Assembly (NCBI RefSeq): GCF_018336915.1
Contig: NZ_CP064927.1
Location: 60,001-92,000 of the forward strand
Direction: 5' to 3'
DNA: 32,000 bases
Source of the DNA: Acaryochloris marina S15
GTDB taxonomy: Bacteria > Cyanobacteriota > Cyanobacteriia > Thermosynechococcales > Thermosynechococcaceae
Under the pieces are notes generated by a model. It did not search any database and was not told the origin of the DNA. It saw nothing but the letters and a program-made list of their open reading frames with translations. A program made the translations under genes and the position numbers. Positions 25,786 to 32,000 of this stretch are shown in pieces. Position 1 is the stretch's first letter, and each line of letters starts with the position of its first letter.

Positions 25786-26628
25786 TGCCCCAGTGGAGTG
25801 TTCCTCTAACCAGGTTATGAGATCAGCAGTTTTCGTAAAGTCGAGCAAGGCTTCGCCCAAGGTTTCGAGTTGGTCAAGGGAGAGAGATTGAATCTGAGAT
25901 CGCGTCTCTGACGGAATGTCACCAATGCGTCGGGTGAGCAGGCGGAGGACAAGCGATTGGGCTTCTTCAAGCTTACCTTTGGTAATGCCAGTCTGTTCGA
26001 ATTCCTCTTTCCACTCTTGATAGATAACTGACTGTTGCATAATCTCTTTCCGCAGAACTTGATTAATGACGTCCCTCTCCAATGTTAACCCAGCTAGGAT
26101 TCCGGTTGAAGCTGCGACATTACTTTGAGCCCGTATTTCTGGAACTGCATCAATACGTTCAGCCACCTGTCGCAAAGTTTGAGCTTGATCTGGGGTATTG
26201 GTTAAAACCGCCAATGGAAGCAACCCCGTCGATTCCAGAAAGAGTTCTGTTGGTTGCTCCCAAAGGCGGATTACCTCAAATTCATGGCGAGTTCCCGGAA
26301 TCTCAAAGGCTGTCTGGTAAACATAATAGGATTGGGATGGCGTCAAATATATCACCACCTGTTTCATTTGCTTCTGGGGAAAGCGACGATAGACTCGCAG
26401 ACGATAATCAGCCATCCTGTAAGGCATATTTGGATCCGGTTTAGTCTGAAACTCAACATGCAAAATATATTCATCAGAAGCTAGAAGAATTAAGGCATCG
26501 GCTCGGATTGGTTCGAGTGATAGTTCTGAGGGACTGAGTTCAGTGAGCGGAATGGGTTCACCGAGTAGCCAAGAGGCAAAATCACTGGAAAAGCTTTCTG
26601 CAAGGAACTTACAGGTGGAATCGAACAT
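25780..26628 (-). CDS. Rpn-family recombination-promoting nuclease / putative transposase with DUF4351-like C-terminus
   Basis: DSTCKFLAESFSSDFASWLLG ... IRADALILLASDEYILHVEFQTKPD (PD-(D/E)xK-like) ... YRMADYRLRVYRRF. The C-terminal part is EEAQSLVLRLLTRRIGDIPSETRSQIQSLSLDQLETLGEALLDF. This architecture is very common in cyanobacteria. Confidence 0.8.
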   Translation of the reverse strand: MFDSTCKFLAESFSSDFASWLLGEPIPLTELSPSELSLEPIRADALILLASDEYILHVEFQTKPDPNMPYRMADYRLRVYRRFPQKQMKQVVIYLTPSQSYYVYQTAFEIPGTRHEFEVIRLWEQPTELFLESTGLLPLAVLTNTPDQAQTLRQVAERIDAVPEIRAQSNVAASTGILAGLTLERDVINQVLRKEIMQQSVIYQEWKEEFEQTGITKGKLEEAQSLVLRLLTRRIGDIPSETRSQIQSLSLDQLETLGEALLDFTKTADLITWLEEHSTGAS

Positions 26629-26685
26629 GCAGGAATTATATCAGTCTCTGGAGGATGTTCTCTTTGGGTAGGCTGTCCTTAGCTA

Positions 26686-27918
26686 TAGATCTACAGATAA
26701 AGATCCGTGATTAGCTAGGCAGCTTGTGTACCCAAGGTTTTGCAATATTTGCCCATTAAGACAGTAATTTCATTGGGAGTCTGACTAAAGTACAGTAGCC
26801 CCTCATCGACCTGCTGAACTAAGTCATCAAATTGCTTGAAGAACCGTAGGTGTGTGCTGCGTTTTTTGAGTTTCTTCCACAAGAATTCAATTGGGTTGAA
26901 GTCAGGAGAATATGTGGGTAATTGGAAAGGAGTAAGGCGAGCGGATTGCTGGTCAAAGAACTGCTTAGTTGCTTTACTGGTGTGATATCTAGCCCCGTCC
27001 TGAATGAGAATAATATGCTTGTGAGTCTGCTGGAGTACTTGAGTTAGAAAAGCAGTATACCCTTCAGAATTGAAGCGTCCCGTCTGACCTTGATAGAAGA
27101 ACTGACCAGAATGATAATCAATTAATCCAAACACCTTGTAAGCCTTCCGTTTACCACTGGTGGGCAATGTTGGCTGGTCTCCACGAAGACTCCAGGTGTA
27201 GCTTAACGACCCCCACTGCGCAAAACTGGCCTCATCCCCAAATAAAATTAGGGCATCTTTGGCTGCTGATAAACGCAAAATCTCAGGCCATTTGTGTGTC
27301 ATCCATTCTTGTCGCTTGGCTTCATTGAGATGAGCTGCAACAAACCGTGCTCTTTGAAATGAAAAGCCTAAGTTCCTCAGTAGAGTACTCACATAATGGG
27401 ATGATAGGAAACATTGAAGCGTTTCGCAATCAGGTCTTGAACCATTAATGCACTCCAACAACCACACTCGTATCCAGCTTTGAGCGGACCTGCTTTAATC
27501 CATGACTTGAGCTGTTGTCGTTGCCGTGGAGTGAGTTTGCTGCGACGTCCTTGAGACGCTTTGTATCTAAAGCTAGCGATACCTCGTTTTAGAAATGCAT
27601 GCAGATAATCCCTGATCGTTTGTTCGCCTAGTGCCAATGTTTCAGCTACCTGTGCCACTGAACCACCTTGACCAAGCTGCAATAAAGCACTAATACGTTT
27701 GACCAGACGTAAATTCTGACTCCCGTATGCCTGGCGCAGTTTAGCTTCAATCTTTTTGCGTGTTGATTGGGTAAAGCGCAGTTTGAATTGTGCGAGCATA
27801 CTGGATGACCTCTGATAATCTTGAAATCCTTGCCAGAGCTAAGAGTATCAGGAGCTAGTTACTATATTTAATGAAGATGTAGTGTCGCTAAAACCACGGA
27901 TGCTTTTCTGAAGATCTA
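26686..27918 (-). mobile_element. second, unrelated IS630-family insertion sequence (1233 bp) with TA duplication
   Basis: Terminal repeats of ~30 bp: TAGATCTACAGATAAAGATCCGTGATTAG (26686-) and the reverse complement TAGATCTTCAGAAAAGCATCCGTGGTTTTAG (-27918). They are flanked by TA (26684-85 and 27919-20). Confidence 0.8.
26715..27799 (-). pseudogene. IS630-family transposase, frameshifted (orfA 27389-27799, orfB 26715-~27400)
   Basis: orfA ends ...IAKRFNVSYHPIM*. The -1 frame continues HYVSTLLRNLGFSFQRARF...LFGDEASF...LIQDGARYH...PTYSPDFNPIEFLWKKLK (DDE_3). The junction is at a CCC run (27398-27400), not at a classical slippery heptamer. Confidence 0.75.
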
Positions 27919-27963
27919 TAGACAAACCCGTCCAGCGCTCAGAGTTGAGAACATGACTTTAGC

Positions 27964-29634
27964 TCAGTCGATAATTTGAATCTGGTAGCTGTAACCTTGC
28001 TCCGTCAAAAATAATTGTCGATGTCGAGCAAAATCCTCTTCGCAGGTCTGTAATGAGACGAGACTATAAAACTGTGCAGGGTGACCATCTGCCTTGGGGC
28101 GGAGAATTCTGCCCAATCGCTGAGCTTCTTCCTGACGCGAACCATATTTACCTGAGACCTGAATTAAAACATCAGCATCGGGTAAGTCCAACGCAAAATT
28201 TCCTACTCTGGATAGTACGAGTCCCTGAAATTTCCCTTGGCGAAATTCTCCATAAAGCCGTTCCCGTTCCTTTTGAGCAGTTTTCCCAGTAATTAACGGC
28301 AAGTCTATCAATTCAGCGATCGCTTGGAGCTGGGAAATATACTCACCAATAATCAAAATTCGATGCCCGCTCTCTTGCTGCAATAGCTCCTCTATGACCT
28401 TCAGCTTGCGTGGATTCTCCGCTGCGACCCGAAATTGCTGTCGGCGAGGAGTCAGGGCATATTCCATTTGCCGTTCTGGGTCTTGGCCAATCCTGATTTC
28501 AGTACATTCTGCAGTGGCGATAAAGCCTTGCCCTTCCAACTCTCGCCAAGGGACGTCATAGCGTTTAGGGCCGATCAGTGCAAACACATCCCCCTCACGG
28601 CCATCTTCACGGATTAGCGTTGCGGTTAGTCCCAAGCGGCGGCGAGCCTGTAACTCAGCCGTAACTCGAAAGATAGGAGCAGGGAGCAGATGGACTTCAT
28701 CATAGATGACCAGTCCCCAAGCATGAGCATTAAACAGCTTAAAGTGTGGAAACTCAGATTCGGGTGAAGGTCGATAGGTGAGAATTTGGTAGGTTGCCAG
28801 GGTAACTGGGCCGGTTGATTTTTGCTCACCACTGTATTCAGCAATGGCATCTTCAGGCAGGTTAGTTTTATCTAATAACTCCCGCTGCCACTGGCGGACG
28901 GAGGTCAGATTGCTGGTAAGAATGAGGGTATGTTCTTGGACTGCAGCCATAACGGCCATCCCCACCATTGTTTTGCCCGCTCCACAGGGCAAAACAATCA
29001 CCCCACTCCCACCTTGAGTACTTCCCGCTTGATAAAACATATCTGCAGCGTCTTGTTGATAGGGTCGCAGGTGAAACGATGAACCAGTTCGAGTTTGTTG
29101 GAGCAGCTGGAGCGATAAAGCCTCCCCATCCACGTATCCTGCAAGGTCCTCAGCTGGGTAGCCTGCTGTCAGCAAGGCTTGTTTCAGAAGTCCTCGATGA
29201 CTGTAGTCAACCTGAAAGGAGCGGTTAGACTTTTGTACCCCTAACAGTGGAGAGACCTGCTCGTCTCTGCGTAAGAGTTCGACTAAAGGTAGGGTGGCAA
29301 TCGTCAGCAACAACTGGAGCCCATCTTTTTCAATCACGGTTAATCCATACCGCTGTCCCAATGCCTCAATTTCTTGAGCCACGGCATCTGGCATGGGATA
29401 TTTTGCATGCTGTTTGAGTGCTCCAATCATCTCTGATATGGGCATCCCAGCAGCCCGAGCATTCCAAATGCTGAGGGGGGTCAGTTGATAGGTATGGATA
29501 TGTTCGGGGCTTTTGACTAATTCCGCAAAAGGGGAGATCGCTTCCCGAGCAGCATCAGCAGTGGGAGCATGCACCTCCAAGAGTACGGAGCGATCACTCT
29601 GAATGATTAAGGCATTTTCAGCAATGTAGGTCAT
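27964..29634 (-). CDS. XPB/ERCC3-type SF2 DNA helicase
   Basis: N-terminal XPB-type domain (LIIQSDRSVLLEV...HIHTYQLTPLSIWNARAAGM). Helicase motifs present: RPYQQDA, VLPCGAGKT (I), VIYDEVHLL (II, DEVH), GLTATLIRED (III) and, late, ...SRVGNFALDLPDADVLIQVSG..GSRQEEAQRLGRILR (V/VI). Confidence 0.9.
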   Translation of the reverse strand: MTYIAENALIIQSDRSVLLEVHAPTADAAREAISPFAELVKSPEHIHTYQLTPLSIWNARAAGMPISEMIGALKQHAKYPMPDAVAQEIEALGQRYGLTVIEKDGLQLLLTIATLPLVELLRRDEQVSPLLGVQKSNRSFQVDYSHRGLLKQALLTAGYPAEDLAGYVDGEALSLQLLQQTRTGSSFHLRPYQQDAADMFYQAGSTQGGSGVIVLPCGAGKTMVGMAVMAAVQEHTLILTSNLTSVRQWQRELLDKTNLPEDAIAEYSGEQKSTGPVTLATYQILTYRPSPESEFPHFKLFNAHAWGLVIYDEVHLLPAPIFRVTAELQARRRLGLTATLIREDGREGDVFALIGPKRYDVPWRELEGQGFIATAECTEIRIGQDPERQMEYALTPRRQQFRVAAENPRKLKVIEELLQQESGHRILIIGEYISQLQAIAELIDLPLITGKTAQKERERLYGEFRQGKFQGLVLSRVGNFALDLPDADVLIQVSGKYGSRQEEAQRLGRILRPKADGHPAQFYSLVSLQTCEEDFARHRQLFLTEQGYSYQIQIID

Positions 29635-29637
29635 TTT

Positions 29638-31506
29638 CTAGGAGAGGGAGATGCTATAACCGAGTTTTCGTAAGGCATTGCGAAATTTTGTCTCTCCATC
29701 TGTGGGCACCACTAGATGACGGTCGCCTGCTAAAAAACAGAATTTCTTGGTACGGGAATCGTTGGCAATCAGGGTGGCAAGCATGGGGTCATTGCATTCA
29801 ATCAGCCGAGCGGTCCCCTGATCGACTAAGCTCTGACTCCGAGTTTCTAAATCTGCTATAAACTGCTCGACCGTGTTCGGCAATGGATCTAGACTGCCTT
29901 TTTCCAGAAATTGCTGCAGGTCTTTGAGGCCATGGCCAGAGGCAAGAGAACTCAAGGCTTGCTCCCGATTCAGCTTCCAGACAACATCAGACTCCTGTTT
30001 GGCATACAGTTCTAACACTAGGGTCTCAGCACTAGTAAGGGGTTGACCCGTCACGATCACGTCTAGATTGGGTAGAACTCGGAGGGTCGATTCCACGGCC
30101 ACTGCAGTAGGAGTGTATTGAGTAACTGATCCCAAACAGTAAGCCCCTAAGGCGTTTACCCGAAAACAGACTAAACCGTCATATCGACTCACAAACGCCA
30201 AGTTGTCTGCTCCCCAGTAATCATTCACCTCCTCCACTTCTCCGTCATAGGGAGAAACATAACCGACATCAATGAGGCCAAGGGTAGCAGCATATTCCAA
30301 CAAGAAGCACCGCAAATAGCATGACTGCAAAATGCTCCAGTCCGACCCAGCATCGTATAAGTCACCATAACCAGATTCAAGAAAGTAGAGGTTTTCTGGA
30401 TTTCGACTCACAACAAAGGTCTGATGGGTCGCAATCATATACCGTCTAAAGTCTGATACATCGATCCATTCCATGACTGGACAACCCTGAAGGGCGGCCA
30501 AGATAACTGACCGGCGATTGGGTGGAGATGTCAATCCTCGTTTCCCTTTTCCGGTTTGGCCTTTAATTTGATCAATACGACGCAATTCATCAAACTGTCG
30601 AGTCTTGAGCCATTTTTTCCAGGCGATCTGAAGCGTTTTAGCCGGGTCTGTGCCTAATGCTTTTTGACCGGCAGGGGTGAGTTCTAATTTCTTGCCAGAT
30701 AGAGAAGCAAGTCCAGTGGCTTGGACAATGAGGGGCCAAGCGAGAGATTTGATGGGGCCAATCGGGTGATTTTCCTGCCAGTCCTCAGTCGGGACAAATT
30801 CGTCATAATAGTCCCCACCTTGAAGGTGGGGTGATATTGTTTTGATCGTTGCAGCAGAGGGGAGGTAGGTCTTGTCACTCACGGCAACTTTGCCCAGGTT
30901 GATCAGACGAAGGATGGCCAGAAGATCCTGATGGGCGACTCGTTCTGTTTCAACATGAGTAATCGGTAAATGCTCGGTGATAATTTGTTCGGTTCTAGAT
31001 TGATAGTCATACAAGATTCGCTCCATCGCCCAAAGGGTGGGCTTTTCCTTTGATGTCTTTAGGGTTAACTTCTTAGGTTGAGGAACGAATTGTTGGAGTT
31101 CCAGATGGAGATCACCAGGGAGAGTTATACCCGGTTCAGAAGAATACCGATTGCTGGTATAGAAGAACAATCCTAAAGCGGAGGGAGTATGAAAGTACCC
31201 ATATTTTCGCTCTCCCCAATGTGGATGGCTACCATACTTGGCCTCGAACGGAAGGGCTTGAAACTGACCATCTATTGAATAAGTCGCTTCTGCTACGGCA
31301 GCTTGCTGAACCGGGTCAAGTGTGTTCCAAATGGCTCTTAGCTTCTTCCCTTGCAGATGAGTTGCAATTTCTTTAACGAGGTCATTCTTCCGAGTCAATT
31401 TGTGACTTATAGGTAACAAATTGAGCAACTTTTTCAAATAGTCAACGTTACGCTGACTGAGTGCTTCGGTGACGGTTGAAAATTGCTCGTAGGAAGAATA
31501 GGCCAT
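29638..31506 (-). CDS. XPB-associated protein of unknown function (C-terminal XPB-N-terminal-like domain)
   Basis: 622-aa ORF whose stop lies 3 nt before the helicase ATG. The last ~148 aa (LRVLPNLDVIVTG...LELYAK...WKLNREQALSSLASGHG...PLPNTVEQFIADLE...RLIECNDPMLATLI...RNALRKLGY) mirror the order of conserved elements in the helicase N-terminal domain. No catalytic motif was recognised in the first 470 aa. Confidence 0.75.
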   Translation of the reverse strand: MAYSSYEQFSTVTEALSQRNVDYLKKLLNLLPISHKLTRKNDLVKEIATHLQGKKLRAIWNTLDPVQQAAVAEATYSIDGQFQALPFEAKYGSHPHWGERKYGYFHTPSALGLFFYTSNRYSSEPGITLPGDLHLELQQFVPQPKKLTLKTSKEKPTLWAMERILYDYQSRTEQIITEHLPITHVETERVAHQDLLAILRLINLGKVAVSDKTYLPSAATIKTISPHLQGGDYYDEFVPTEDWQENHPIGPIKSLAWPLIVQATGLASLSGKKLELTPAGQKALGTDPAKTLQIAWKKWLKTRQFDELRRIDQIKGQTGKGKRGLTSPPNRRSVILAALQGCPVMEWIDVSDFRRYMIATHQTFVVSRNPENLYFLESGYGDLYDAGSDWSILQSCYLRCFLLEYAATLGLIDVGYVSPYDGEVEEVNDYWGADNLAFVSRYDGLVCFRVNALGAYCLGSVTQYTPTAVAVESTLRVLPNLDVIVTGQPLTSAETLVLELYAKQESDVVWKLNREQALSSLASGHGLKDLQQFLEKGSLDPLPNTVEQFIADLETRSQSLVDQGTARLIECNDPMLATLIANDSRTKKFCFLAGDRHLVVPTDGETKFRNALRKLGYSISLS

Positions 31507-31724
31507 CGCTGTTAGTGCTTGGTCAAAGTGATAAGGGTAGGCTTGGTGTCTCTAGACTCCTCCATAGTTTGACAGTCAAACACCTAATACTACAAGAGAA
31601 TTAAAGGCATGTTAGCTCAATAATCTGTAACGCTTCCAGATCAGGCAAACAGAACCACCAACAAACAGCAGATTTCTCAACGTCATTCCTGGAAAGAATT
31701 TCAGCGTCGAGTCTGAAATGGATC

Positions 31725-31744
31725 ATTTTTCGTGTAATACAGAT
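31725..31744 (+). repeat. 20-bp direct repeat copy 2 (ATTTTTCGTGTAATACAGAT), candidate attR
   Basis: Identical to 24287-24306. It lies 219 nt beyond the start of the 622-aa gene. Confidence 0.6.
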
Positions 31745-32000
31745 AATGATTTGTTGAATCTCAATTAATCGTGCCGCCCCAAAAATTGGCAAAGTCTTGC
31801 CGCCGACATTTCCGAGTAAGCGATCGCCCACGCCCACGCTCTCGCAAAGTTTGCCTTGGACAAGCAACTTATTGCAGATGTTGATCTTCAATGGAAGCGG
31901 AACAGATTATTATGTTGTCGATAAGAGTATATTAATTGGGCATATTTGTACGAATTCACAGGCTTGTAGCACTTTAGCTTTGAGGCTAGCACAATGATCT

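Larger units (their letters stand above)
24287..31744. mobile_element. putative integrative element bounded by 20-bp direct repeats (7.46 kb)
   Basis: A perfect 20-bp direct repeat lies at both ends. A tyrosine recombinase gene sits immediately inside the left repeat. The cargo is an Rpn-type nuclease, an IS630 and an XPB-helicase operon. Confidence 0.4.

Noticed and set aside
31601-31891. 96-aa minus-strand ORF crossing the right 20-bp repeat; tested as a gene split by integration
   Set aside because: Joining its upstream part to the sequence left of the other repeat copy gives only a 73-aa product with no recognisable features. There is no evidence that a real gene was disrupted.

Overview
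This is a 32-kb mosaic accessory region. It looks cyanobacterial: there are four HIP1 GCGATCGC octamers (8850, 13477, 28316, 31820), plus PAP/fibrillin, Rpn/DUF4351, pentapeptide-repeat and FGE-sulfatase genes. It also looks plasmid- or island-like, with parA-parB, hicA-hicB, a tyrosine recombinase, and IS elements or relics of the IS4/IS5, IS256 (x2), ISKra4-like, IS630 (x2) and IS6 families. Between the mobile DNA sit many repeat-scaffold proteins: a secreted LRR protein, a pentapeptide-repeat protein, an ankyrin protein, and an IS-disrupted FGE-sulfatase protein. Two large STAND NTPases are also present, with WD40 and TPR arrays built from near-identical 126-bp units. Most interesting items: (i) A co-directional NLR-like module at 13907-20674. 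It consists of a caspase-fold (CHAT-like) + NB-ARC + WD40 protein followed by a paralogous CHAT-like + TIR protein. The TIR reading frame stops on an A_AAA_AAG heptamer, and the -1 frame continues without any start codon into an NB-ARC + TPR protein. (ii) A 7.4-kb segment bounded by a perfect 20-bp direct repeat. It carries a tyrosine recombinase, an Rpn-type nuclease, an IS630 and a tightly coupled operon of an XPB/ERCC3-type helicase with a 622-aa partner of unknown function. (iii) Several cleanly reconstructable transposition events: an IS256 unit carrying an AraC gene as passenger, and an IS splitting the FGE-sulfatase gene. No rRNA, tRNA or CRISPR array was recognised. All domain calls come from reading motifs by eye; no database search was run.
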